In this document: in pieces, positions 20,455 to 29,397 of the stretch
Layout: each line of letters opens with the position of its first letter
Position numbering within the stretch: position 1 is the stretch's first letter
Notes under the pieces: generated by a model
The model's database searches: none
What the model was told of the DNA's origin: nothing
The model's input: only the letters and a program-made list of their open reading frames with translations
Assembly: GCA_963826115.1 (NCBI GenBank)
Contig: CAWGVS010000004.1
Location: 196,373-260,372, forward strand
Length of the DNA: 64,000 nucleotides
DNA from: an uncultured Candidatus Rokubacteria bacterium
Lineage (GTDB): Bacteria > Methylomirabilota > Methylomirabilia > Rokubacteriales > DASRDR01
Direction of reading: 5' to 3'
Program-made: the position numbers and the translations under genes

Positions 20455-21366
20455 ATGACCGCGGATCTCCAGGGGGTCATTCCCATCACCGCGACGCCGT
20501 TCGACGCCGCGGGCGAGGTGGACGAGGGGAGCATCGCCACGCTGGTCGAGTTCGAGGCGCGGTGCGGCGTCCACGGCCTGAACGTGCTCGGCATCATGGG
20601 CGAGGCGCACAAGCTCTCGGAGAGCGAGCGGCGCCGCGTGGCCGAGATCTTCGTGAAGTGCGCCGCCGGGCGCTTCCCGGTCGTGGTGGGGACCTCGCAC
20701 GGCGGGACCGCGGTGGCGGTCGAGCTCTCCCGGGCCGCGGAGGCGGCGGGCGCCGCGGCCGTGATGGTGGCGCCCCCCGCGGGGCTGCGTGGCGAGGGCG
20801 CGATCCTGGCGCACTACCGCACGGTGGCCGGCGCGATCGGGATCCCGGTCGTCGTCCAGGACGAGCCGGTCTCGACCGGCGTCCTCATGTCGCCCGAGCT
20901 CCTGGTCCGCATCGCGACCGAGGTTCCGGCGTGCCGCTACGTGAAGCTCGAGGAGGCGCCGACGCCCACGAAGATCACGGCGATGCGGCGCCTCCCCGGC
21001 GGCGACCGCGCGCGCATCTTCGGCGGGCAGAACGCGATGTACTTCTACGAGGAGCTCAGCCGGGGCGCGGTGGGAATCATGACCGGGGCGGCGATCCCCG
21101 ACGTCCTCGTGCGCATCTTCACGGCGTTCCGGCAGGGCGACCGGGCCGGCGCGGCGGCGATCTTCGACCGCTACGCGTCGTACATCCGCTACGAGGGCCA
21201 GCAAGGCGTCGGCCTCGCCCTGCGGAAGGAGCTCCTGCGCCTCCGCGGCGCGATCGCGACCGGCACGGTGCGCCAGCCCGGGCCGGTTCTCGACGACGTG
21301 ACGCGACGGGAGCTCGCCGAGATCCTCGCGCGCCTGGCGATCCTGGAGGGAGTCGCGGACTCCTAG
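20455..21366 (+). CDS. Dihydrodipicolinate synthase/class I aldolase family protein
   Basis: GV.P...TPF, LG..GEA..L, VKLE; lacks the DapA GTTGE motif, so probably not true DapA. Confidence 0.85.
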   Translation: MTADLQGVIPITATPFDAAGEVDEGSIATLVEFEARCGVHGLNVLGIMGEAHKLSESERRRVAEIFVKCAAGRFPVVVGTSHGGTAVAVELSRAAEAAGAAAVMVAPPAGLRGEGAILAHYRTVAGAIGIPVVVQDEPVSTGVLMSPELLVRIATEVPACRYVKLEEAPTPTKITAMRRLPGGDRARIFGGQNAMYFYEELSRGAVGIMTGAAIPDVLVRIFTAFRQGDRAGAAAIFDRYASYIRYEGQQGVGLALRKELLRLRGAIATGTVRQPGPVLDDVTRRELAEILARLAILEGVADS

Positions 21367-21800
21367 CGCCAGAGCGTCAGCGCGAGCAGGAGGACGGCCA
21401 GGATCAGCGCGAGGAGCCGCCAGCGCCTCGCGGCGCGTGCGGTGGCCTCGGCCGGCGACGCGCCGGCCTCCTCGCAGGGCGCGTAGAATTCGAGCTCGGT
21501 GCCGTCCGTGCGGTTCCGGATCACGGTCCAGAGCGCCTGGTCGGGCGTGGGCGCGCTCTCCGTGCGCTCCAGCGAGACCGGCAGCGGCGTGCCCGTCCCG
21601 ATCTTGAGCGAGAGCTGGCCGCCCGGCGGGAGGGGCTTGCCGCGCCCGCCGTCCCCGAACGAGATGACGGTCCCGCCGTCGTCGCTCGTGCGCAGCGTGA
21701 AGACGCGGCTGTCCGGCCCGCAGTCGTCGAGCGTCGTGCGGCGGGACCATCGCTCGCCGTTTACGGTGAGGGTGATCGGGTCCTCGTCACGCGCGGCCAT
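21363..21800 (-). CDS. Small protein with baseplate-assembly-like FGDG motif and C-terminal TM anchor
   Basis: SD AAAGGA; V.GE.W....L...GPDS.VF.......V.FGDG..GK..P.G; hydrophobic C-terminus. Confidence 0.6.
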   Translation of the reverse strand: MAARDEDPITLTVNGERWSRRTTLDDCGPDSRVFTLRTSDDGGTVISFGDGGRGKPLPPGGQLSLKIGTGTPLPVSLERTESAPTPDQALWTVIRNRTDGTELEFYAPCEEAGASPAEATARAARRWRLLALILAVLLLALTLWR

Positions 21801-21936
21801 CGGCTTCGTCCTTTCAGGGGGGCGACCGGAAATCCCGGCCAGGATAGTCGAGCCGGCGACGCGCCGGCAACGCGGGTGAGGCCCCTCCGGGCGGGGCGCG
21901 CCGGATTTCTTCGTCGTGGCGCACAGTTGCAACTCG

Positions 21937-21965
21937 GGAACTGAACGGGGTCGGGGTCGGTCCAA
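21937..21965 (+). promoter_or_regulatory. ECF (sigmaE-type) promoter GGAACT-N17-GTCCAA
   Basis: Directly upstream of the ECF sigma gene; same hexamers recur at 23917-23944. Confidence 0.7.
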
Positions 21966-22041
21966 GTAGCCGAGGACCCGCATGTCAGCTTGTTCGGGCG
22001 TCGTCGTGTGCGATAGCCTCAGCGCGTGGGTAGCGGCACCC

Positions 22042-22602
22042 GTGGCTGAGCTGCCGGCGCGCGACTCCGCGGAGTTCGTGAGCCGGCTCCGGGCGGGTGA
22101 CCGCCGGGCCTTCGAGGAGCTGGTCCGCACCGAGCAGCACCGCGTGTACGGGCTCGCGCTCCGCATGCTGGGGAACGCGGCGGAGGCGCAGGACGTCGCC
22201 CAGGAGGCCTTCCTCCGGGCCCACCGCGGCCTCGCCGACTTCCGGGGCGACGCGCGTCTCTCGACCTGGCTTTACCAGATCGTCTCGCGCCTCTGCCTCA
22301 ACCGGCTCTCGGGGAGCGAGCGCCGGCTGGCGCGCCACGGGGAGGAGGCGCTCGCGCGGGTGCCCGACGCCCGGCCGGGCCCCGATCAGGCGCTCGAGCG
22401 GGGCGAGCTGGAGGAGGCGCTCCACCGCGCGATCGCGGAGCTGCCCGAGGAGCGGCGCATCGTGGTGGTCCTGCGAGACGTCGAAGGCCTCGCGTACGAG
22501 GAGATCGCCGAGGTGCTGGAGCTGCCGGTCGGCACGGTGCGGTCCCGGCTCCACCGCGCGCGGCTCGACCTCAAGGAGAAGCTGGAGCGGTTCTTCCCAT
22601 GA
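22042..22602 (+). CDS. ECF RNA polymerase sigma factor (RpoE/SigW-like)
   Basis: GD..AFEELV, DVAQEAF, FRG......TWLY.I, GL.YEEIA..L..P.GTVRSRL.RAR; alternative start 21982. Confidence 0.93.
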   Translation: MAELPARDSAEFVSRLRAGDRRAFEELVRTEQHRVYGLALRMLGNAAEAQDVAQEAFLRAHRGLADFRGDARLSTWLYQIVSRLCLNRLSGSERRLARHGEEALARVPDARPGPDQALERGELEEALHRAIAELPEERRIVVVLRDVEGLAYEEIAEVLELPVGTVRSRLHRARLDLKEKLERFFP

Positions 22603-23888
22603 CGTGCCACGACGCCCGCGAGCAGCTCTCCCCGCTCCTGGACGACGCGCTGTCGGCGGCGGAGCGCGAGGCGCTCGAGACCCACCTGGCCACCTGCGCC
22701 GAGTGCCGCCTCGAGCTGGAGCGCCTGCGCGGCACGGTGGCGCTCCTCGGGCGCCTCCCGCCGGTCCACGCGCCCGCCGGCTTCGTCGACCGCGTGATGG
22801 CCGAGGCGACGCGCCCGCCGTGGCCCCGGCGCCTTCTCGACATCCTGTTCCAGCCGCTCCGGGTGAAGCTGCCGCTCGAGGCGGCCGCGGTGCTGCTGGT
22901 CAGCGTGTCGGCGCTCTACGTCTACCAGCACGCACCCGAGGTCCGGGAGCGCGCGCGCGAGAACCTGGCCCCCGCGCCGCCGTCGCCACCGGCACCCGGC
23001 CCGCCCGCCACGCCGCTCGCGTCGGCCGTCCCGACCGAGGCGCCGCCGGCAACGCGTCCCGCCGACGAGACGGCGGCGCGCGCCCCGGTCGCGCCGAAGG
23101 CGCCCGCGGTCGCGTCGACGCCCGAGGCGGTCGCGCCCGCGCGGCAGGCGGAGAACGAGGTGACGGCGGCGAAGCCCGCGCCCCCGGTGGAGCTCCGTGC
23201 CGAGGCGAAGCCGGATCCGCAGCCGGAGCTCCAGGCCCAGCCGGAGTTCAGGCTCCAGCGGGAGCCGAAGTCCCAGCGACAGGTGAAGCCCGAGCGGGAG
23301 CTCAAGCCCCAGCGGGAGCTGAAGAAGGAGGTGCTGGCGGACCGTCGGCCCGACGCGCCGCCCGCCGCCGCGACTGCCGAGAAGGCCGCCGCTGCCGAGC
23401 CGGCGCCCTCACGCGACGCGGCCGGACCGCGGGCCGCGACGACGCCTCCGGCGCTCGCGCCCCCGGTGGCCGCGCCCGCGCCGGTTCCCGATGCGCGCGG
23501 TGGCCACGGGGCAGGCAGCGCGGGGGCCGCGTCGCCGGGGACGCCCGCGCCCGAGAGCCCACCGAGCGGTGCGCTCTCGGGCGCGAAGTCGCGAACCGCG
23601 TCTCGGTTCATGCGCGCCTCGGACGCGAGCGGGCGCCTGGTGGTCCCGGCGCGCGAGCCGGCCGAGGTCGCCCTGGACGCGCTGCTGAGTCGCGTCGGCG
23701 CGACGCGCGTGGCGCGGCGGGTCGAAGGCCCCGAGGGCCTCGTCCTCATCGACGTCGTCGTCCCCGCGGCGCGCTACGCGGAATTGCTCGAGGGGCTCGG
23801 CCGCCTCGGCCGGTGGACGGTCGAGCACGAGTCGAAGACGCTCCCCGTGCAGGTCCGCGTCGAGATCGCCGTCGTCGCGGCGCCCTGA
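22599..23888 (+). CDS. Zinc-binding (zf-HC2) transmembrane anti-sigma factor with long Pro/Ala linker
   Basis: MTC...HLATCAEC (HxxxCxxC), TM helix, low-complexity periplasmic region, globular C-terminus; ATGA coupling to sigma. Confidence 0.88.
   Translation: MTCHDAREQLSPLLDDALSAAEREALETHLATCAECRLELERLRGTVALLGRLPPVHAPAGFVDRVMAEATRPPWPRRLLDILFQPLRVKLPLEAAAVLLVSVSALYVYQHAPEVRERARENLAPAPPSPPAPGPPATPLASAVPTEAPPATRPADETAARAPVAPKAPAVASTPEAVAPARQAENEVTAAKPAPPVELRAEAKPDPQPELQAQPEFRLQREPKSQRQVKPERELKPQRELKKEVLADRRPDAPPAAATAEKAAAAEPAPSRDAAGPRAATTPPALAPPVAAPAPVPDARGGHGAGSAGAASPGTPAPESPPSGALSGAKSRTASRFMRASDASGRLVVPAREPAEVALDALLSRVGATRVARRVEGPEGLVLIDVVVPAARYAELLEGLGRLGRWTVEHESKTLPVQVRVEIAVVAAP
23220..23327 (+). 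repeat. Six degenerate 18-bp in-frame tandem repeats
   Basis: CAGCCGGAGCTCCAGGCC-like units encoding QPELQA/QPEFRL/QREPKS/QRQVKP/ERELKP/QRELKK. Confidence 0.8.
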
Positions 23889-23916
23889 CCCGCCCGCGCC
23901 GCCCCGCCTCCTCCCG

Positions 23917-23944
23917 GGAACTTCCGGGCCGATCGCCGGTCCAA
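23917..23944 (+). promoter_or_regulatory. ECF promoter GGAACT-N16-GTCCAA
   Basis: Same hexamers as 21937-21965; 43 nt before ATG 23988 with SD AGGAGG. Confidence 0.72.
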
Positions 23945-23987
23945 GGGACCGAGCGGTCAGAACCCACGAGACCAGGAGGAGCCACCC

Positions 23988-25403
23988 ATGCGCCGTTCCA
24001 TTGCCGCGATCCTGCTCACCGTCGCCGTCGTGTCGCCGGGGAGCCCGGCGTCCGCCGCGGCCCCCCTCGCGATCACCCGCGAGAGCCAGAAGGACCTGAT
24101 GGTGACGATCTACAACGGGAACCTCGGGCTGGTGAAGGACACCCGCGAAGCCCGCCTGCCCGCGGGGATGAGCGAGGTCCAGTTCGCCGACGTCGCGGCG
24201 CAGATCGACCCGACGTCGGTGCACCTGAAGTCGCTGACGGATCCCGCGGGGCTCCGCATCCTCGAGCAGAACTACGAGTACGACCTCCTGTCGGCCCAGA
24301 AGCTCCTCGAGAAGTACGTCGGGAAGAAGGTCCGCCTCTACCAGGGCAACGGCTCCTGGGTCGAGGCGACGCTTCTGTCGACCGACGGCCCCGTCTACAA
24401 CATCAACGGCGAGATCCACATGGGCCATCAGGGCCAGATCGTCTTCCCGTCGCTGCCGGAGAACCTCGTGTCGAAGCCGACGCTCTTGTGGCTTCTCCGC
24501 AACACGGCGCCCACGCCGCAGCGGGTCGAGGCGTCGTACCTGACCGGCGGCATCACCTGGAAGTCGGACTACGTCGTGATCCTCAACGCGGCCGACGATC
24601 GGGCCGATCTCACCGGCTGGGTGACCATCGACAACAAGAGCGGGGCGACCTACCAGGACGCGGCGCTGAAGCTCGTGGCCGGGGACCTGAACCGCGCCCG
24701 CGACGAGCGCCAGGCCCTCCGGGCCAACGAGATGGCGCTGAAGGCCGCCGCGGCCGCGCCGGCCTCCCGCGACTTCGTCTCCGAGGGATTCTTCGAGTAC
24801 CACCTCTACACGCTCGACGGGCGGACCACGATCAAGGACAAGCAGACCAAGCAGCTCACGCTCATGTCCGCCGCCAACGTGCCGGTCCGGAAGGAGCTCG
24901 CCTTCTTCGGGGCGCGCGACTACTACCGCACGCAGTACGGCACGCCGATGAGCAACCAGAAGGTGAGCGTGTTCGTCGAGCTCACGAACTCGAAGGCCAA
25001 CAACCTCGGGGTCCCGCTCCCCAAGGGCAAGATCCGCGTCTACAAGGCGGACAAGTCCGGGAGCCAGCAGCTCGTGGGCGAGGACTGGATCGACCACACG
25101 CCGAAGGACGAGAAGGTGCGGATCAAGATGGGCGAGGCCTTCGACGTGGTGGGCGAGCGGACCCAGCGCGACTGGAAGAAGATCGGCGGGTCGACCTACG
25201 AGGTCGAGTGGGAGATCAGCCTCCGGAACCACAAGAAGGAGGACGTGGTCGTGAGCGTGATCGAGCCCATCCCGGGCGACTGGGAGGTCGTCCGCGAGTC
25301 CCAGGCCCACGAGAAGCTCGAGGCGCACACGCTCCGCTACCAGGTGCCGGTGCCCCAGGAGGGCGCGGCGAAGGTGACCTACCGCGTCCGCCTGCGGTTC
25401 TAG
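23988..25403 (+). CDS. Exported DUF4139-domain protein
   Basis: Signal peptide; VTIYN.N.GLV.D.R, EQNYEYDL, SYLT.G..W..DY, FEYHLY.L, LG.PLPKGK.RVY. Confidence 0.85.
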   Translation: MRRSIAAILLTVAVVSPGSPASAAAPLAITRESQKDLMVTIYNGNLGLVKDTREARLPAGMSEVQFADVAAQIDPTSVHLKSLTDPAGLRILEQNYEYDLLSAQKLLEKYVGKKVRLYQGNGSWVEATLLSTDGPVYNINGEIHMGHQGQIVFPSLPENLVSKPTLLWLLRNTAPTPQRVEASYLTGGITWKSDYVVILNAADDRADLTGWVTIDNKSGATYQDAALKLVAGDLNRARDERQALRANEMALKAAAAAPASRDFVSEGFFEYHLYTLDGRTTIKDKQTKQLTLMSAANVPVRKELAFFGARDYYRTQYGTPMSNQKVSVFVELTNSKANNLGVPLPKGKIRVYKADKSGSQQLVGEDWIDHTPKDEKVRIKMGEAFDVVGERTQRDWKKIGGSTYEVEWEISLRNHKKEDVVVSVIEPIPGDWEVVRESQAHEKLEAHTLRYQVPVPQEGAAKVTYRVRLRF

Positions 25404-25479
25404 GGGGTCAGGCCTCGACTTCCGTACGGGGGCCCCGCGTGGACCGGGGCGACGTGTACCGAAGTCGAGGCCTGACCCC
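25404..25479. repeat. Long inverted repeat (REP-like or bidirectional terminator) between convergent genes
   Basis: GGGGTCAGGCCTCGACTTC (25404-25422) is a perfect 19-bp inverted repeat of 25461-25479, extendable to 24 bp with one mismatch. Confidence 0.85.
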
Positions 25480-25480
25480 G

Positions 25481-26725
25481 CTAGTTGAAGCGGTCGGGGT
25501 CGAGGAGACGGACGTCGGGCGGCGGCGTCGCGCCGCCGGCGAGCTGGGCGACCAGCTTGCCGGTGGCGGGGCCCATCGACATGCCGACCATGGCGTGGCC
25601 GGCGGCCAGCACCAGATTGTCGTAGCGCCGGGGGCGCCCGACGAGCGGCAGGCCGTCGGGCGTGCACGGCCGGAGCCCGCGCCAGATCTCGAGGAGCTCC
25701 AGGTTCTCGCCGCCCTCGATGCACGCGAGCGCCTTCCGGCGGAGCGCTTCCACGCGCCGGCGGTTGATGGAGAGGTCCATCCCGGCGAGCTCGAGGGTGC
25801 CGCCGAACCGGAGGAACTCGCCCATCGGCGTGACCGAGAAGCGGCCCTCGGCGGGCAGGAGCGGGATGGCCGGCGCCCGCGCGGGTCGCCGGTAGGTCAG
25901 GCTGTAGCCCTTGGCCGGCTGGATCGGGACGCGAAGGCCGAGCGTACGGCCCACGCCCGGCGACCACGCTCCCGCCGCCAGGACGACCGTATCGGCGGAG
26001 AACGTCCCGCGCGTCGTCTCGATCGCGGTGACCCGGTTGCCTTGCGTCCGGAAGCCCATCGCCTCGGTCCCGGTCATGATCCGCACGCCGTCCGACTCCG
26101 CGAGCTTCGCGAGCCCTTTGACGAAGCGGTCCGGCACGAGGAGGGCGTCCTCCTTGCCGTAGAGGGCGCCGACGACGTCCTTCTGCAGCATGGGCTCGAG
26201 CGACCGCGCCTGGGGACCGTCCAGGATCTCGACGCTCGCGCCGCCCTCGCGGAGGAGGCGCGCCTCGTCCTTGCCATGGGCCAGGCCCTCGGGCGTGGCG
26301 AACACGGTCAGCGAGCCCGACTGCCGAAAGCCGAAGTCGAGGTCTTTCTCCGCGAAGGTGCGGTAGAGCTCGAGGCTCTCGACGCTCAGCCGTCGGAGCA
26401 GCGGCATCGCCCGCCGCACCCGACCGGGCGTGCAGGCCGCTCGGAAGCGCCAGAGCCAGCGCGCGAGCTCGAGGCTAGCGCGCGGCTTGATGTAGAAGGG
26501 GCTCTCGGAGTTCAGCATCCACTTGACGCCCTGCCACCAGACGCCGGGCGCCGCGAGCGGCACGAGATGCGTGGGGACGATCAGCCCCGCGTTCCCGTAG
26601 GAGCTGCCGGCGCAGATCTCGCCCTTCTCGAGGAGCGTGACCTCCCAGCCGTCCCGGGCGAGGTAGTACGCGGAGCTGACGCCGATGACTCCGCCGCCGA
26701 TCACGACCGCGCTGCGACTCGCCAT
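25481..26725 (-). CDS. FAD-dependent D-amino-acid dehydrogenase (DadA-like)
   Basis: VIGGGVIG, S.GNAG, P.KGYS, W.GLRP.TPDGLP..G, GH...G...GP.TG. Confidence 0.9.
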   Translation of the reverse strand: MASRSAVVIGGGVIGVSSAYYLARDGWEVTLLEKGEICAGSSYGNAGLIVPTHLVPLAAPGVWWQGVKWMLNSESPFYIKPRASLELARWLWRFRAACTPGRVRRAMPLLRRLSVESLELYRTFAEKDLDFGFRQSGSLTVFATPEGLAHGKDEARLLREGGASVEILDGPQARSLEPMLQKDVVGALYGKEDALLVPDRFVKGLAKLAESDGVRIMTGTEAMGFRTQGNRVTAIETTRGTFSADTVVLAAGAWSPGVGRTLGLRVPIQPAKGYSLTYRRPARAPAIPLLPAEGRFSVTPMGEFLRFGGTLELAGMDLSINRRRVEALRRKALACIEGGENLELLEIWRGLRPCTPDGLPLVGRPRRYDNLVLAAGHAMVGMSMGPATGKLVAQLAGGATPPPDVRLLDPDRFN

Positions 26726-26842
26726 GCTGGTCCTCCGCTGGATGGATCGTTGGCCGCGCGCGCCGCGATCGGCGCGCGGGCAAGGTCGAGGATACTCTCA
26801 CCTCGCTGCCGTTCGCCAGAGGCCGGAGCCGCCGAGGGGCTA

Positions 26843-26872
26843 TTGCACGGGCCCGCGCGGCTCGTCTAACAT
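26843..26872 (+). promoter_or_regulatory. sigma70-type promoter TTGCAC-N18-TAACAT
   Basis: Upstream of the amino-acid ABC operon. Confidence 0.5.
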
Positions 26873-26951
26873 GCGCCGCGAACGGCCCGATGTCCCGGGC
26901 CGTCACGACGATGTGTCCCGAGAACCCGCTTCGCGGACCGAGGAGGACTCA

Positions 26952-27773
26952 ATGAGGACCAGAGTTGGCCGTGGATTGCTCGCGCTCCTCGCCATGGCGA
27001 CCGTGCTGCTGGGGATGGCCGTCGCCTCGCCCGTCCAGGCGCAGGAGAAGTCCCTCATCAAGGAGATCCAGCAGCGCGGCGAGCTCCGGGTTGGCTACGC
27101 CGTGGCCGACCCACACCAGTTCAAGGATGCCGCCAGCGGGCAGTGGAAGGGGATCGCCGTCGAGATCATGGAGGAATGGGCCAAGGAGCTTGGGGTCAAG
27201 CACGTCCCGGTGGACACGAGCTGGGAGACCATGATCGCGGGGCTGCAGGCCAACAAGTATGACGTGGCGGCGGCCCTGAACCGGCGACCGGGCCGAGCCC
27301 TCGCCGTGACCTTCTCGACGCCGTACATGAACGACACGGGGACGTTCGCGGTGAATCGGGCCAAGGTGAAGGCCCGGACGTTCGAGGAGCTGGATCAGAA
27401 GGGTACGAAGGTTGCGGTGGTGCTCGGGACTGCGGAAGACAAGTCCCTGTCCCGGATCGCGAAGAACATGGAGCTGCTGCGTCTCGCGGACCAGAACGAG
27501 ATCCGGATTGCCGTGCAATCCGGTCGGGCCCAGGCCCTCTTCGACGACATCTCGGGCAACGCCAAGTTCGCCAAGGAGAACAAGACGATCCGTCTCATCA
27601 TCCCCGCCAGCCCGATCCTGGTCGAGGGAATCGCCTATGCGATCCGGCGAGGCTACCCGTACGACGACATCGAGGCCCTCAACATCATGGTCGAAGACTA
27701 CATCAATACCGCCAAGCTCAAGGCGGCCGAGGCCAAGTACGGCCTACCCGACCCGGAGCAATTTACGAAGTAA
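26952..27773 (+). CDS. Polar amino-acid ABC transporter substrate-binding protein (family 3)
   Basis: SD GAGGAGG; signal AQA; I..RGELRVG, W..MIAGLQA.KYD, FS.PY. Confidence 0.9.
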   Translation: MRTRVGRGLLALLAMATVLLGMAVASPVQAQEKSLIKEIQQRGELRVGYAVADPHQFKDAASGQWKGIAVEIMEEWAKELGVKHVPVDTSWETMIAGLQANKYDVAAALNRRPGRALAVTFSTPYMNDTGTFAVNRAKVKARTFEELDQKGTKVAVVLGTAEDKSLSRIAKNMELLRLADQNEIRIAVQSGRAQALFDDISGNAKFAKENKTIRLIIPASPILVEGIAYAIRRGYPYDDIEALNIMVEDYINTAKLKAAEAKYGLPDPEQFTK

Positions 27774-27798
27774 GGCGATTCACGGCCAGGTCCGAAGT

Positions 27799-27850
27799 CC
27801 GGGCGGTGGGCGGGCTGGACGTTTCGGCGTTCGGCTCGCCTGCCGCTCGG
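27799..27850 (+). terminator. Intercistronic RNA stem-loop after the binding-protein gene
   Basis: 23-bp stem 27799-27821/27828-27850; all six non-Watson-Crick positions are G-U on the + strand; loop contains UUCG. Confidence 0.65.
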
Positions 27851-27914
27851 GGGATACCGCCGGCGCCGGATCTCAGCGGGTTGCCGGCGCGAGAATCTGA
27901 CGGAGGGTGTCTCG

Positions 27915-28583
27915 ATGTCCTACGACTGGGCCTGGTACGTCGTTCCCCGCGCCATCCCGGCCCTGATCCAGGGGCTCCGGTTGACCATCACGATCACGCT
28001 CGTCGTAATCGTGCTCGGTTTCTTCCTCGGCATCCTCGTCGCGGCCGGCCGCCTGGCCCGGAGCCCGCTGATCAACAAGCCGGTCGCCGCCTATATCGAG
28101 TTCTTTCGGGGGACGCCCGCGCTCGTTCAGCTCGTCTGGATCTACTACTGCCTGCCCATCGTGTTGGGCATCGAGCTGCCCAGTTTCGCGTCGATCGTGG
28201 TGGCCCTGACGCTGAACGTCGGTGCCTTTTACGGTGAGGCCATTCGGGCGGGCATCCAGGCCGTCCCGCGCGACCAAGTCGAGGCCGCGGACATCCTGGG
28301 CTTTCACTACGTCGACAAGATGCGCTTCGTGGTCCTGCCGCAGGCCTTTCGGATCATCATCCCCGTGGCCCTGTCGCAGAGCATCAGCCTGTTCAAGGAC
28401 ACGTCGCTCGTCTCGACCCTGGGCGTCGCCGATCTCATGTACCAGGCCCGGGTCCTGTCGACGCAGACCTACAGGCCCCTGGAGATCTTGACCGTCGCCG
28501 CCCTGATCTACTTCATGGTGGCCTTTCCCTGCACCATTGCGACGAGAGTCCTGGAGCTGCGGCTCGCCCGGGCGCGGCACTGA
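27915..28583 (+). CDS. Amino-acid ABC transporter permease (HisM/GlnP type)
   Basis: Y.E.FRGTP.LVQL, E..RAGI..VP..Q.EAA, K.TSL. Confidence 0.93.
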   Translation: MSYDWAWYVVPRAIPALIQGLRLTITITLVVIVLGFFLGILVAAGRLARSPLINKPVAAYIEFFRGTPALVQLVWIYYCLPIVLGIELPSFASIVVALTLNVGAFYGEAIRAGIQAVPRDQVEAADILGFHYVDKMRFVVLPQAFRIIIPVALSQSISLFKDTSLVSTLGVADLMYQARVLSTQTYRPLEILTVAALIYFMVAFPCTIATRVLELRLARARH

Positions 28584-28590
28584 CCGCGGC

Positions 28591-29352
28591 ATGATCAGCG
28601 TACGGCGGTTGCACAAGCGCTTCGGGCCGCTCGAGGTGCTCCGGGACGTCAGCCTCGAGATCGCGCAGGGGCAGGCGGTCGTCATCATCGGCCCCAGCGG
28701 CTCCGGGAAGAGCACCCTTCTCCGGTGTCTCATTGGACTCGAGACGCCCGAGTCCGGCGAAGTGCACGTGGATGGCCGCCCGTTCATCAGGCGCGTGGAC
28801 GGAGGGCGCGGCCCGCTGCGCCGCACCCGGGAGTTTCGCGCGATCCAGCGGTCGATGGGCATGGTCTTCCAGCAGTTCAATCTCTTCCCGCACCTCACCG
28901 TGCTCCAGAATGTGGCCCTGGCGCCGATGCGAGTACTGGGTCTCCGAGAGACCGAGGCCCACGCGCGCGCCCGTGGCCTCCTGATCAAGGTCGGGTTGGA
29001 GGAGAAGATCCTGCAGTATCCGGACAAGCTATCGGGAGGGCAGAAGCAGCGAGCGTCGATCGCGCGCGCCCTGGCCCTCGAGCCGAAGATCATGCTGTTC
29101 GACGAAGTGACCTCGGCCCTGGACCCCGAGCTGATTCACGAGGTGCTGAGCGTCATGAAGCAGCTCGCCACCGACGGGATGACGATGGTGGTCGTTACCC
29201 ACGAGATGGGCTTCGCCAACAAGGTGGCGGATCGCGTCATCTTCATGGACCAGGGCGCCATCGTCGAGGAGGGACCTCCGGCCACCCTCTTCGGCTCGCC
29301 GCGGGAAGCCCGGACGCGGGCGTTCCTCGAGAAGGTCCTGACCCACATCTGA
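28591..29352 (+). CDS. Amino-acid ABC transporter ATP-binding protein (GlnQ type)
   Basis: [45 protein letters not shown]. Confidence 0.95.
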   Translation: MISVRRLHKRFGPLEVLRDVSLEIAQGQAVVIIGPSGSGKSTLLRCLIGLETPESGEVHVDGRPFIRRVDGGRGPLRRTREFRAIQRSMGMVFQQFNLFPHLTVLQNVALAPMRVLGLRETEAHARARGLLIKVGLEEKILQYPDKLSGGQKQRASIARALALEPKIMLFDEVTSALDPELIHEVLSVMKQLATDGMTMVVVTHEMGFANKVADRVIFMDQGAIVEEGPPATLFGSPREARTRAFLEKVLTHI

Positions 29353-29397
29353 GGCGCGCGGGCGCCCACCGCGTCCGCGGGAGGCGGCCGGCGGCCG

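Noticed and set aside
21917-21930. TGGCGCACAGTTGC as a sigma54 promoter
   Set aside because: GG-to-GC spacing is 9 rather than 10; the adjacent ECF motif explains the region better
22097-26869. Very long alternative-frame or antisense ORFs (1590 aa here, 1614 aa at 49359-54203, and many others)
   Set aside because: Shadow ORFs from high GC; Arg/Pro/Gly-rich, motif-free and overlapping well-supported genes
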